NCBI GenBank assembly: GCA_038087875.1 | Contig: JAXLNO010000260.1 | Location: 62,001 to 126,000 of the forward strand | From: Malacoraja senta | Lineage: Eukaryota | Length of the DNA: 64,000 nt | Direction of reading: 5' to 3' | In this document: positions 1 to 12,533 of the stretch, one piece after another | Layout: each line of letters begins with the position of its first letter | Numbering within the stretch: the first letter of the stretch is position 1 | Notes under the pieces: model-generated | Databases searched by the model: none | Seen by the model: only the letters and a program-made list of their open reading frames with translations | What the model was told of the DNA's origin: nothing | Position numbers and translations under genes: made by a program

Positions 1-780
1 ATTTATTTTTTTAAATTGTAGATGCTGAAAATCTAAAACAGAACTTGCCGGAAATGCTTTGCAAGTCAGATTGCATCTATAGGAAGTAAAAACAAATTAA
101 CGAACAGTTAATGTTTAAAGGGTCTCAGATCTTCAGTGTTAATGTTGTTCCCACAAATGCAGCCGGACCTGCTGAGAATTTTCAGAATTTGTTGGTTTTA
201 TATTGACTTATTGTTGAAATTGCCAATCTCTCCATGATTTCAATGGTATAGGACCATTTAAAGGAAATAATGAGATACCAGTTGTCCATCATCACAGTAG
301 CAGCATACCTGCTGTGGCAGAGAAAATATCCTTGTAAACCTACATTATACATTTTAACAAGTCCCCAGGAAGCCTAACGACTGGCAAGCAGGATGAGTTG
401 TCTTGAATTTGTCTCCTTAAAGTGGAGTCTAACAGCATGAACTCCTGTCGCAGTTATTCTAAGCTCACAACAAAATCTCAAGTATTATCTTAGGCATATG
501 GTCTTTGCATTTACATTTGAACATAAACAGATTGTTTCTTTCCAAATATTTTCTATACTATTATCTATCCACATTTGGAATGTGCATTTCAATTAAGTGC
601 GACAGAAATGTACATTAGAAATAGCATTACAATATTTAGCTTCTATTTATGTGGTAAAGCTTAACGTGGAAAGAGCACATATTTTCAAAATTTAAGCTTG
701 GTATTTTGTACAGTTCATCAGTTCAGTTTTATCAATCTTTAAAGTTCTTGACAAATGTCAAATTGAAATAATGTTTTAAT

Positions 781-1014
781 TATGGCGGCACCTTGTGGCA
801 AACCAAGGGCACAAAGAACCGTCGGCTCTCGAGGGCGGCATCTTGGTGTGGGAGGCGCTAGTCATGGGGTCGGTACCAGAGTTGGTATTTAAGGCCGGAC
901 AACGCCCGTGACCTTGAGGGAGTAGGGAGCTGTATTGGAGAGAATAAACACGTCTAATGCACACAACTCGTGTCCGACTAGTTTTTGGCTGGACTCCTGC
1001 AAGTCCCCGCTACA
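781..1014 (+). repeat. 5' LTR of the Gypsy element (~234 bp)
   Basis: Starts TATGGCGG (decayed inverted match to the CCGCTACA end); TATA-like GTATTTAA ~885; AATAAA ~943; directly upstream of the PBS. Confidence 0.7.
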
Positions 1015-1015
1015 C

Positions 1016-1030
1016 TGGTGACCCCCGACG
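1016..1030 (+). promoter_or_regulatory. Primer binding site complementary to the tRNA-Trp 3' end
   Basis: TGGTGACCCCCGACG versus expected TGGTGACCCCGACG (one extra C), 1 nt after the LTR-terminal CA. Confidence 0.85.
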
Positions 1031-1101
1031 CCCAGGAGAGTATTCCTGGAAGGGAAATTTGAAAAAAAATGCATTCTGCCGCTGCCGCCTATGAGGCTGA
1101 C

Positions 1102-2728
1102 ATGGCCGAACTCAACGCGGTCTCCCTAAAACTACCAACATTTTGGACCTCGCAGCCGGGGGTTTGGTTTCGACAGGCCGAATCCCAATTTTAACATTCA
1201 CGGCATTATAGCCAGTGAGACCCGCTATCCCTTGACCAGCAGATGGCCGGTCGGGTCATTCCTTACCTGGATAACCCGCCGACGGCAGGTAAGTACACAG
1301 GCCTCAAGGAGCAGCTGCTCCGTATCTACGGGCCAAGCCGTATGCAGCAGGCCTGTCAGGTCCTCAACATGGCGGGCTCGGAGTCCCTCGGCCCTCATGA
1401 GTGAGATGCTAATGCTCATGGGCGACCACCTGCCCTGCCCTGCCCTGCCCGATCTTTGAATTTTCTTACATGCAGCAGTTGCGCGAGACATCCGCCGGCA
1501 GCTTGCGGGGGAGAGCTTTGAAGATCCCATCCAGCTAGTGGCCCGCGCTGATGAACTGTGGATCTCCGACCAGCAGCAGGTGGGCGCGCTGGAATACCAG
1601 GAACCGCTGGAATCCCTGGAATTGCTGGACCGGATTGATTCAACGCCCTGTCAGGCCCAGTGACCCAGGACCAGGCCCACAAGAGGTCCACGCCCACAAG
1701 AGCCACAGACAAGACAAGTGGCACAGGAGAGGAGGATGGCTGAGCCATAGACCAGACAAGTGGCACAGGAGAGGCGGATGGCTGAACAGGACCCAGGAGA
1801 TCCAAGGAGAAGGATGTGGTGTTTTTACTACCAGCGCTGGGGTTCAGCAGCCCGCCAATGACACCAGCCATGTTTCTTTCAGGGAAACGGCAGCGCCGGC
1901 CGCTGATAGTCACTGCGGTGGCCGGCAGGATCCATCGACTGCATGTCTGGGACCGGCGCACGGGGCTCAGGTTCTTGGTGGACACCGGGGCGGAGGTCAG
2001 CGTATTGCCCCCATCTGGACTCGACCTTCGTGCTGGTATGAGGGGCCCCCCATTAATTAATCCCACACATATGGCGTCCGCACAGTTCCTGTCATTTTCG
2101 GTGCCATTTCACCTGGCCATTCAAAATCACGGACGTGGCCAAGCTGCTGCTGGGCGCAGATTTCTTGCGTGTGCTGTCGCTCCTCGTGGATATGAGGGGC
2201 CAACGTCTCGTCCACGCATCAACTTTTGAGAAGATCTCCTTGCGCTCTACAGCGCCCACCGCGCCGGTCAGCAACCCCGTAGCGACGGTGGACAATGTCT
2301 ACGCCCAGGTACTGGCTGAGTTTCCGGACATCGTCACCCCCAAGTTCGGATCGGCCAGCCTGAGGCACGGTGTCATGCACCATATTCTGACATCGGGTCC
2401 ACCGCTCCATGCCCGCATCCGGAGGGTCGCTCCTGACAAGCTCCTCATAGCAAAGTCGGAGTTTGGAAGTATGGAGGTCATGGGCATTCTTTGTCGCTGC
2501 AACAGCCCATGGGCCTCCCCACTGCACATGGTGCCGAAGGTGTCCGGCGGTTGGAGGCCGTGCGGAGACTACTGCCACCTTAACAACCGCTAACCATTAA
2601 CCTATTCCCCACAGACAGGACTTCTCAGCACATCTGGCTGGGGCTAGGTTCTTCTCCAAGATCAACCTAGTCCGGGGATATCACCAGACCCCGTGCGACC
2701 AGAGGATGTCCCCAAGATGGCAATTATC
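1102..2728 (+). pseudogene. Frameshifted Gypsy gag-protease-RT (N-terminal part)
   Basis: KLPTFW gag motif, degenerate WCFYYQRWG zinc-knuckle region ~1815, DTGA protease motif, RT N-terminus spread over several frames with stops. Confidence 0.85.
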
Positions 2729-2826
2729 ATAGAAACATAGAAACATAGAAAATAGGTGCAGGAGTAGGCCATTCGGCCCTTCGATCCTGCACCGCCATTC
2801 AATATGACCATGGCTGATCATCCAAC

Positions 2827-5742
2827 TCAGTATCCCATCCCTGCCTTCTCTCCATACCCCCTGATCCCTTTAGCAACAAGGGCCACATCCAACTCCCTCT
2901 TAAATATAGCCAATGAACTGGCCTCAACTACATTCTGTGGCAGAGAATTCCAGAGATTCACCACTCTCTGTGTAAAAAATGTTTTTCTCATCTCAGTACT
3001 AAAAGATTTCCCCTTTATCCTTAAACTGTGACCCCTTGTTCTGGACTTCCCCAACATCGGGAACAATCTTCCTGTATGTAGCCTGTCCAAACCCTTAAGA
3101 ATTTTGTACGTTTCTATAAGACCCCCCCTCAATCTTCTTAATTCCAACGAGTACAAGCCGAGTCTATCCAGTCTTTCCTCATATGAAAGTCCTGACATCC
3201 CAGGAATCAGTCTGGTGAACCTTCTCTGTACTCCCTTTATGGCAAGAATGCCCTTCCCTCAGATTAGGAGACCAAAACTGTACACAATACTCCAGGTGTG
3301 GTCTCACCAAGACCCTGTACAACTGCAGTAGAACCTCCCTGCACCTATACTCAAATCCTTTTGCTATGAATGCTAACATACCATTTGCTTTCTTCACTGC
3401 CTACTGCACCTGCATGCCCACTTTCAATGACTGGTGTACCATGACACCCAGGTCTCGTTGCATCTCCCCTTTTCCTAATCGGCCACCATTCAGGTAATAG
3501 TCTACTTTCCTGTTTTTGCCACCAAAGTGGATAACCTCACATTTATCCACATTATACTGCATCTGCCATGCATTTGCCCAATCATCCAGCCTATCCAAGT
3601 CATCTTGCAGCCTCCTAGCACCCTCCTCACAGCTAACACTGCCCCCCAGCTTCGTGTCATCCGCAAACTTGGAGATGTTGCATTCAATTCCCTCGTCCAA
3701 ATCATTAATATATATTGTAAATAGCTGGGGTCCCAGCACTGAGCCTTGCGGTACCCCACTAGTCACTGCCTGCCATTCTGAAAAGGACCCATTTACTCCT
3801 ACTCTTTGCTTCCTGTCTGCCAGCCAGTTCTCTATCGACATCAATACTGAACCCCCAATACCGTGTGCTTTAAGTTTGTATATTAATCTCTTATGTGGGA
3901 CCTTGTCGAAAGCCTTCTGAAAGTTCAGATATAACACATCCACTGGTTCTCCCTTATCCACTCTACTAGTTACATCCTCGAAAAATTCTATAAGATTCGT
4001 CAGACATGATTTACCTTTCATAAATCCATGCTGACTTTGTCCAATGATTTCACCATTTTCCAAATGTGCTGCTATCCCATCTTTAATAACTGACTCTAGC
4101 AGTTTCCCCACTACCGATGTTAGACTAACTGGTCTGTAATTCTCCGTTTTATCTCTCCCTCCCTTTTTAAAACGTGGGGTTACATTAGCTACCCTCCAAT
4201 CCTCAGGAAATACTCCAGAATCTAAAGAGTTTTTGAAAAATTATCACTAATGCATCCACTATTTCTGGGGCTACTTCCTTAAGTACTCTGGGATGCAGCC
4301 TATCTGGCCCTGGGGATTTATCGGACTTTAATCCATTCAATTTACCTAACACCACTTCCCGGCTAACCTGGATTTCACCTCATTTGACCCCCGGTCCCCT
4401 GCTATTTCCGGCAGATTAATTAAGTCTTCCTTAGTGAAGACAGAACCGTAGTAGTTATTCAATTGGTCTGCCATGTCCTTGTTCCCCATGATCAATTCAC
4501 CTGTTTCTGACTGCAAGGGACCTACATTTGTTTTAACTAATCTTTTTCTCTTCACATATCTATAAAAACTTTTGCAGTCAGTTTTTATGTTCCCTGCCAG
4601 TTTTCTTTCATAATCTATTTTCCCTTTCCTAATTAAACCCTTTGTCCTCCTCTGATGGGCTCTGAATTTCTCCCAGTCCTCTGGTAGGCTGCTTTTTCTG
4701 GCTAATTTGTATGCTTCATCTTTTGTTTTGATACTATCCCATATTTCCCTTGTTATCCACGGATGCACTGCCTTCCCTGATTCATTCTTTTACCAAACTG
4801 GGATGAACAATTGTTGTAGTTCATCCATGCAGCCTTTAAAAGCCTTCCATTGCATATCCACCGTCAACCCTTTAAGAATCAATTGCCAGTCTATCTTGGC
4901 CAATTCACGTCTCATACCCTCAAAGTTACCTTTCTTTAAGTTCAGAACCCTTGTTTCTGAATTAATTATGTCACTCTCCATCCTAATGAAGAACTCAACC
5001 ATATTATGGGCACTCTTGCCCAAGGGGCCACGCACAACAAGGCTGCTAACTAACCCTTCCTCATTACTCAATACCCAGCCTGCTCTCTCGTTGGTTCCTC
5101 TACATGTTGATTTAGAAAACTATCCCGCATATATTCCAAGAAATCCTCTTCCTCAGCACCCCTGCCAATTTGATTTACCCAATCTATATGTAGATTGAAG
5201 TCACCCATTATAACTATTTTACCTTTGTTGCTCGCGTTTCTAATTTCCTGTTTGATGCCATCCCCAACTCCACTACTACTGTTATGTGGCCTGTACACAA
5301 TTCCCACCAGCGTTTTCTGCCCCTTAGTGTTCCGCAGCTCTACCCATACCGATTCCACATCCCCCAAGCTAATGTCCTTCCTTTCTATTGCGTTAATCTC
5401 CTCTCTAACCAGCAACGCTATCCCACCTCCTTTTCCTTTCTGTCTATCCCTCCTGAATATTGAATATCCCTGGATGTTCAGCTCCCAGCCTTGGTCACCC
5501 TGGAGCCATGTCTCCGTGATCCCAACTATATCATAATCATTAATAGCTATCTGCACATTCAACTCATCCACCTTATTACGAATGCTCCTTGCATTGAGAC
5601 ACAAAGCCTTCAGGCTTGTTTTTACAACACTCTTAGCCCTTATACAATTATGTTGAAAAATGGCCCTTTTTGATTTTTGCCCTGGATTTGTCTGCCTACC
5701 ACTTTTACTTTTCACCTTGCTACCTATTGCTTCTACCCTCAT
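2827..5742 (-). pseudogene. CR1 ORF2 (APE endonuclease + reverse transcriptase), fragmented
   Basis: CLNARSIRNK, GITETW, MGDFN (endonuclease); QHGF, FQKAFDKVPH, GVPQGSVLGP, KFADDTK (RT); C-terminal RTRGHSL..FFTQRVVNLWNSLP. Confidence 0.93.
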
Positions 5743-5917
5743 TTTACACCCCTCTCTCTGCTCACACATTTAAGAAACCCACCACCTCTTATTCTCTGTT
5801 TATTATCTTTTTCTTCTTTCCCCCCTACATGTTGGGTCTGAGTGCTTCCCTTCTCTGCCTCCTGCCTCACTCACTCTCTGCTAGCTTTCTCTATTTGAGT
5901 CCCTCCCCCCAACCGTT

Positions 5918-6849
5918 CTAGTTTAAAGTCTCCCCAGTAGCATTTGCAAATCTCCCCGCCAGGATATTGGTCCCCCTCGGGTTCAAGTGCAACCCGTCCT
6001 TGTTGTACAGGTCACACCTTCCACAAAAGAGGTTCCAATGATCCAGAAACTTGAATCCCTGCCCTCTGCACCAGTCCTTCAGCCACGCATTTATCCTCCA
6101 CCTCGCTCCATTCCTACTCTCACTGTCGCGTGGCACAGGCAGTAATCCTGAGGTTGTTACCTTTGCGGTCCTTTTCCTTATCTCTCTTCCTAACTCCCTA
6201 AATTCTCCTTTCAGGACCTCTTCCCTTTTTCTACCTATGTCCTTGGTATCTATATGTACCACGACCTCGGGCTCCTCTCCCTCCCATTTCAGGACATCTT
6301 GGACACGTTCAGACATATCCCAGACCCTGGCACCAGGGAGGCAAACTACTATCCGGGTCTCCCGACTGCGTCCACAGAATCGCCTGTCAGACCCCCTAAC
6401 TCTAGAGTCCCCTATTACTACTGCCCTCCTCTTCTTTTCCTTACCCTTCCAACAGGGCCGGTCTCTGTACCGGAGGCCCGGCCGCTGTCGCTACCCCCAG
6501 GTAGGCTGTACCCCCCAACAGTACTCAAACAGGAGTACTTATTGCCAAGGTGTACAGCCACCGGTGTACTCTCTAGTCCCTACCTCTGCCCCTTGCCCCT
6601 CCTAACTGTGACCCACTTGTCTGTTTCCTGTAGTTTTGGAGTGACCACCTCTCTATAACTCCTCTCTATGACCTCCTCACTCTCCCTGACCAGACGGAGG
6701 TCATCGAGCAGCTGCTCCAGGTTCCTAACACGGTCCCTTAGGAGCCCCATCTCGACGCATCTGGCGCAGATGTGGACGTCTGGAAGGCTATCAGACTCCA
6801 TGACTTCCCACATCTGACATCCAGAACAGTAAACTGCCCTGGCCCTCAT
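5918..6849 (-). pseudogene. CR1 ORF1 (zinc finger / coiled coil / SGNH esterase-like), frameshifted
   Basis: CSGCQMWE...HICARC N-terminus; VVVHIDTKDIG (degenerate GTND block) and DGLHLNPRG SGNH motifs. Confidence 0.88.
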
Positions 6850-6867
6850 ACTCCTCCCTTACCCTGG

Positions 6868-6957
6868 ATACAATACATAGTGCAATACAATACAATACAA
6901 AGTGCAATACAATACAAAGTGCAATACAATACAATACAATACAAAGTGCAATACAAT
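6868..6957. repeat. Short-period (CAATA)n / AAAGTG composite repeat in the CR1 5' UTR
   Basis: Repeated GTGCAATACAATACAA units visible directly. Confidence 0.85.
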
Positions 6958-7050
6958 AGAAACTGCTGGAAGAAATCAGCAGGGATCTGACACCCAATCA
7001 GCTGCTTCCTCAAGCCCACTTGTTTTGAACTGTGGAATGCGAGTTAGGTT

Positions 7051-7312
7051 CCTCCCTCTGCAACGGTTCCTGGGCCTCTGTGGAAACAAGCCCCGCGGTC
7101 GAGGATTATACTCACAGCCCGGACGCCGCTCCTCCCTCACCAACGGTTCCTGGGCCTCTATAAAACAAGCCCCGCGGTCGAGGATTATACTCACAGCCCG
7201 AACGCCGCTCCTCCCTCACCAACGGTTCCTGGGCCTCTGTAAAACAAGCCCCGCGGTCGAGGATTATACTCACAGCCCGGACGCCGCTCCTCCCTCACCA
7301 ACGGTTCCTGGG
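7051..7312. repeat. ~79-80 bp tandem monomers (about 3.2 copies) in the CR1 5' UTR
   Basis: CAACGGTTCC recurs at 7061, 7141, 7220 and 7299. Confidence 0.95.
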
Positions 7313-7320
7313 TCTCAAGA

Positions 7321-7680
7321 ACCTCGTTCAGGTTGTTCGAGTTCCTGCGGATGCCCTTTGGCCTCAAGAACGCCGCGCAGGCCTTTCAGCTGATGGACAC
7401 TATGGTGTGCGGGCACAACTTCCTCTTTGTCTACTTGGACGACATCCTCGTGGCAAGTCGCCCGAGAGAGGAACACTGCGCCCACCTGCGTCTACTATTC
7501 CAGTGCCTCAGTGACCATGGCCTCGTAAATAACCCTGGCAAGTGCCAATTCAGCCTTCAGGCTATCAACTTCCTGGGGCATCGGGTGACACTGCACGGAG
7601 CAGTGCCTCTGCCAGACAGGGTTGAGGCAATCCGCCAGTTCCCGCAGCCTGCTACGGTATGTGGCCTTCGGGATTTCCTG
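7321..7680 (+). pseudogene. Gypsy RT continuation with the YLDD catalytic motif
   Basis: FEFLRMPFGLKNAAQAFQ...FVYLDDILVAS...KCQF...FLGH; resumes where the RT stopped at 2728 (..AII|TSF..). Confidence 0.9.
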
Positions 7681-7910
7681 CTACATAATGCACAAATTCA
7701 TCACCTCCATGTCTTCCACCAGATTGAAGTGCTTCACCACTATAGGCACGGATTTTCTTCCAACGCACTGCATAATGTGACATTGATCGAAGAGAGATAA
7801 AAATTGTGGGAAGGAGAGATTCCCATCTCCGAACCATTGCAGAAACAGTTATCCCTTGACCTCCAACATGGAGCCAGATTGACGTACCTTTCATCACCCA
7901 ATGCAAGCAA

Positions 7911-8571
7911 ACAGGTACTGCAGGCAGTGAAGAAAGCTAATGGCATGTTGGCCTTCATAACAAGAGGAGTTGAGTATAGGAGCAAAGAGGTCCTCCTGCA
8001 GTTGTACAGGGCCCTAGTGAGACACACCTGGAGTATTGTGTGCAGTTTTGGTCTCCAAATTTGAGAAAGGACATTCTTGCTATTGAGCGAGAGCATCGTA
8101 GGTTCACGTGGTTAATTCCCACAATGGTGGGACTGTCATATGTTGATAGAATGGAGTGACTGGGCTTGTATACACTGAAATTTAGAAGGATGAGAGGGTA
8201 TCTTATTGAAACATATAAGATTATTAAGGGATTGGACACGCTAGAGGCAGGAAACATGTTCCCGATGTTGGGGGAGTCCGGAACCAGGGGCCACAGTTTA
8301 AGAATAAGGGGTAGGCCATTTAGAACAGAGATGAGGAACTTTTTCACCCAGAGAGTTGTGAATCTGTGGAATTCTCTGCAGTGGAGGCCAGTTCTCTGGA
8401 TGCTATCAAGAGAGAGTTAGATAGAGCTCTTAAAGATAGCGGAGTTAATGGATAGGGAGAAGGCAGGAATGGGGTACTGATTGTGAATGATCAGCCATGA
8501 TCACAGTGAATGGCTCAAATGGCCGAGTGGCCTACTCCTGCACCTTTTGTCCATTGTCTATTGTCTATTGT
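7911..8571 (+). mobile_element. 5'-truncated CR1 3' fragment
   Basis: QAVKKANGMLAFI...RGHSLRIRG...FTQRVVNLWNS; (ATTGTCT)n tail. Confidence 0.92.
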
Positions 8572-8702
8572 ATCCAATCACAGTTGGAAACATATCCCAT
8601 TGTTTTCATTTACTTCAAAATAATATATATATTATTCTTCTAAGATATGTACTAATTCTCAAACTTTATTCATTACTCATTTACCTTTATAGAGAAAGAG
8701 AG

Positions 8703-9055
8703 ATAATCATAGAAAGAGACACAGTACTACGAAAACAGGCCCTTCGGCCCACTGATTCCCTGCTAGCCATCAACCACCCAGTTACACTAAATCTTTCTTA
8801 ATCATTTTCTGTAATGAATGCCCACATTCTCAGGAACTCTTTCCAGATGCTACCACCTTACTACACACTAGGGAAATGTAACTGTTGCTAATTACCTTTA
8901 TAAATCTGCACATTTTTGGGGTGTGGGAGGAAATCTGGAGGAAGCCCACACAGTCACAGGAAAACGTGCAAACTTCACACAGACAGCAGCTGAGATTGAA
9001 ATTGAACTCGGGCCTCTGATGCTGAGAAACACTATATCTACGAACTGTGGCAGGG
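8703..9055 (-). mobile_element. HE1-like tRNA-derived SINE (degenerate)
   Basis: CR1-like tail GGAAACAGGCCCTTCGGCCC, central GGGAGGAA...CACACAGTCACAGG...GCAAACT body, tRNA-like head at the right end. Confidence 0.75.
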
Positions 9056-9580
9056 CACTGCTCATTTTCATAACTTTTAATGCACTCTCCCAATCAATGA
9101 TAACTATCTCATGCTTCATGCCTTGTGGTTTGATTTATTTAGATTTAAGATTTAATTAAATCTGTATTTCTATCGTGATCGCTCCAAAGGCCGTTTAACT
9201 ACAAGATAATGTTTTCACTTTCCCATTACATTGTTAGACCTAAAATAGACTGCCCTCTCATTGTTTGCACATCATACTAGTTATGAACATTTCTATGAAT
9301 TTATCCCCACATGGTTATTGCTAAAGTGCAAATAAAAGCTATCCTAGAATGGCACGTAAAGTTTGTGCAAACAACTATTTTTACTTGCTGCTACCTTTCA
9401 GTTTCATGAATGAGTGTTATTTACAATGTGCCTGCATTATTTTTAACTCCATCGCTGGATGACTTTTAAAATCCTACTTTCCCAACTCCATTGGCCATGC
9501 AGTTAGATGTCCCAGTCATCTCTCCATATGTATGAGCTGAATGCTGTTTCTGGTCCACCTTTGAGTCTGCCTGGACCGTT

Positions 9581-9755
9581 TGTTCATAAGGTCATGTTCA
9601 TAACTTGTGGGAGCAGAATTAAGCCATTCGGCTCATCAAGTCTACTCCACCATTCAATCGTGGCTAATTTATCTGTTCCTCTCAATCCCATTCTCCTGCC
9701 TTCTTCCTATAACCCCTGACACCCGCACTAATCAAGAATCTATCAATCTCCACCT
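9581..9755 (-). mobile_element. CR1 3' tail fragment
   Basis: GGAGCAGAATTAAGCCATTCGG...CCCATTCTCCTGCCTTC matches other CR1 tails in the window. Confidence 0.8.
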
Positions 9756-9758
9756 TAA

Positions 9759-9912
9759 AGGGCCTGTCCCACTTACACAATATTTTCGACAACTTGCTGG
9801 CACCTGTCAGTCGCAGCAGGTTGCCGATAATTTTCGACATGTTGAAAATCCAGCGGCGACCAGAAAAAGGTACGACTCTTTGGGCGACTACTCACCAACA
9901 AACAGGCGTTAC
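9759..9912 (+). mobile_element. One end of a PIF/Harbinger-like MITE
   Basis: TAA followed by AGGGCCTGTCCCAC terminus; interior is reverse-complement similar to 29810-29900. Confidence 0.65.
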
Positions 9913-9919
9913 CCGCAAC

Positions 9920-10700
9920 ATTTCAGGCAGCCAATACAGCCTTCAGAACTCTCGATCCTCATGACGGAGAATCGTGCCTATTTCCCTGACTATACTATCT
10001 CCAATGACAACTATGTGTCTCTTCTCCCTCCCGCCTCCCGTCTTGAATGGCTCCTTGCTCCATGGTGCCATAGTTAGGTTGCTTCGCCTTCCTACAGCCC
10101 CCACGCTCATCTACAAGAGGGGCAAGAATCTCAGACCAGCTAGACACGCCCAAGGCTCCTCTAGTACTGCCTCCATTTCTATCCCACTACCTGCCTTACT
10201 TGCACTCACTCCTGACTACAGACCAAATTGGAAGCAGTTAATCTAACACACGTTACTACCTCCAGAAACACAGCGTCTGGATAATACTCCCCATCTCTGA
10301 TGTGCCGCAGCGTTTGAAGCTCAGACACCATGTCGTCAACTTTGAGCCCGTTCCTCAATCAACCAACACGTATTGCAGATGTGGTCACAAGGAACTGCCA
10401 ACGGGTCCACCAGCTCCCACATCATGCAGCTGCAGCACATCACGTGATCCTGTATGCCTCCTTTTAATTCCAACGGTTCCTATTTACATTTCCTACTTTC
10501 TGCTGCTCTGCTCCAGATTTGATGGGTCAGCATTCTTTTCCACAGCCCTTCTCTCCGCAACCTCAAGTCCCACTTTTTCTCAACGGGGCACTTTGCTGCA
10601 GCATGGCCGCTCCCAACAGTCTGCTCCTCTGTACCCTGCCTTCCTTTTCTTCATTACTCTTTCTCTTGCTCAGCCTATCGGACACCTGCTTCATTCTACA
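9920..10700 (-). mobile_element. Old CR1 5' UTR/ORF1 relic
   Basis: Minus strand ~10440-10350 reads MCCSCMMWELVDPLAVPCDHICNTC, homologous to the CR1 ORF1 zinc finger near 6849. Confidence 0.7.
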
Positions 10701-11129
10701 TCCCGCCTTCCCAATCGAGTACACACTCAATTAGCAGAAATAAAACTCTCTTCCACTTTTTCCCGCAGATTTTTTCAAATTGAATTATTTTCCAGCAAGA
10801 TGACTGCTCTCCCATTCCACCTCCCACTCCACCTTCCACTTCCAAAGGTAGAAAAACATCTCTCAATGATGCTGTACCTTGCTCTCCTTTTATTTACATC
10901 TCAGCCATTCGAATGCTTGCTTGACTCTATGTACATTATGTGTCAATATACTTGCCTTCCCTGTTTTGATTAGGTCACTAAACAGTTTGCAAGACCGAAT
11001 CCATGACTGGGAGACCATGTTCCCTTCTGGTAATCTCCAGCCAGGCCTTTTTTGTCAGCTGCCTGGCTTCATCCTCCCAACAGGAGAGAAAATAGGACCC
11101 TTTCTGAAATCATCTGTTGCTAGCCCAGA

Positions 11130-11328
11130 TTCCGGCCTATTTTCACCTCCAATCACTGCCCCCCCCCCCCACCCCCACCCCCCCAACTCTATTTGTCAGT
11201 CTGTGGAAGGATTCCAATCCAAAACCATCTATTCCTTTTCTCCGGAGATGCTGCCTGACCCGCTGACTTACTCCAGCAGTTTGTGCCTATAGTCGGTATA
11301 AACCAGCATCTGCAGTTCCTTCCTTCCA
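11130..11328 (+). mobile_element. Penelope-like terminal repeat, direct form, with decayed hammerhead motif
   Basis: CAGTCTGTGGAAGG...GAGATGCTGCCTGACCCGCTGA...AAACCAGCATCTGCAGTTCCTT; same family as 49827-50044. Confidence 0.65.
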
Positions 11329-12210
11329 ACGCATGGTGTCTTTGTGTGTCCTTAGGTGCTTTGCACAACATCCAAGGTTGAGTCACTAATCCAAGGATCA
11401 GCCATTGTTTGCCTGTATATTGTATTTGACTTCTGCGCCTTGCACACCATATCACCAGACTCAAATTTCAGATTTCCAATGTTCTTTAAGGAATGGAATT
11501 GAAATTGAGCTAGATACACTGCCATCGTGCAGGACAGGCTGACAGGATGAGAAATATGGAAAAAAAAGTGCTAATGTAATGACTAAGTTAAAAGGCATTG
11601 GCAGACACACCTCTGGGTTTCCCACATGACACTGACTCCACCCACAGTTCTCAGCACATCTATATAATTAAAAGTCTCTTCTTGACCACATCCTGTCTGC
11701 GCTGTATATTGATTTTAGAAAAAAAACGCTACCCTGTATCGCTGTGATTTTTGGCCATCTTACTCACAGTCCTCCTCCGCTGAGCCAGCCCCGAGGATTT
11801 TTCCCATCGATGAAAAATAAAAAAGTTATGAGTGTTTAAAAAACCTTGAGATCAGTTGATTGGTCCTCTCGCCTGTCAATCACTGCGATGAAGGTAACGC
11901 CCCTTCCACGGGGGGGGGGGGGGTGGGTACAGGACTATAAAATCCGGATGCCTGGACGTGAGTCAGTTACTCTGCAAGATCGCGAGGGAGAGGCCACGAC
12001 TGTCATTCTAAGCAGTGAATCATCTGAACTGTGAGTCTGCAATGTACTTGCAATAAATGATTTGTTAGCTCTTAATGACAATACCATGAGTTGTTTGGCC
12101 TGCTGCCCTACCTGTGCTTGAAAGTGCAATGCTTAAATGGAAATTAAATGAAATGACATGACAATGCCATGAGTTGTTTGGCCTGCTGCCCTGCCTATGC
12201 TTGAAACTGC

Positions 12211-12350
12211 AATGCTTTATTAGGTCCGACTGTGTTTGGAAGGAGTAAATGCTTTACTATGTCCGACTTTGTTTGGAAGGAATAAATGCTTTATTAGGTC
12301 CGAATGTGTTTGGAAGGAATAAATGCTTTATTAGGTCCAACTGTGTTTAG
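12211..12350. repeat. 37-bp minisatellite (~3.8 copies) inside the Helitron
   Basis: AATGCTTTA recurs at 12211, 12248, 12285 and 12322. Confidence 0.9.
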
Positions 12351-12533
12351 TCCAAAAGTCCCGCTCATTTCATGACTTCCGCCTAGATGACAGGTCGCGC
12401 TGATTGCGTAATTTCCGGTGAGTGCAGAGGTCACGCTGATTGTGGAAGTGCCGCTGACTGCGGAAGCATCACAGTAGAGCGGCTGCGCTCAGCTGTGTGA
12501 GTAGATTCAAAAAAGTTTACTGTCATATATATG

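Larger units (their letters stand above)
2729..7320 (-). mobile_element. Essentially full-length CR1 LINE (5' UTR, ORF1, ORF2, 3' microsatellite tail), inactivated by frameshifts and stops
   Basis: (ATGTTTCT)n tail at ~2729-2750 (reverse complement); ORF2 APE and RT motifs; ORF1 zinc finger plus SGNH esterase motifs; GC-rich 5' UTR. Confidence 0.95.
781..7680 (+). mobile_element. Decayed, 3'-truncated Ty3/Gypsy LTR retrotransposon (5' LTR, PBS, gag, protease, RT), interrupted by a CR1 at 2729-7320
   Basis: LTR ending CCGCTACA followed by PBS; gag motif AVSLKLPTFWTSQPGVWFRQAESQF; protease FLVDTGAEVSVLP; RT motifs SPWASPLHMVPK..WRPCGDY, FEFLRMPFGLKNAAQAFQ and YLDD. No RNase H, integrase or 3' LTR seen. 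Confidence 0.92.

Noticed and set aside
2804..6658. Plus-strand ORFs of 60-184 aa over the CR1
   Set aside because: Antisense shadows of CR1 ORF1/ORF2 with no independent motifs.
10302..11292. 223-aa and 137-aa plus-strand ORFs
   Set aside because: Antisense to a CR1 ORF1/5' UTR relic and overlapping a Penelope-like tail; pyrimidine-biased with no recognisable domain.
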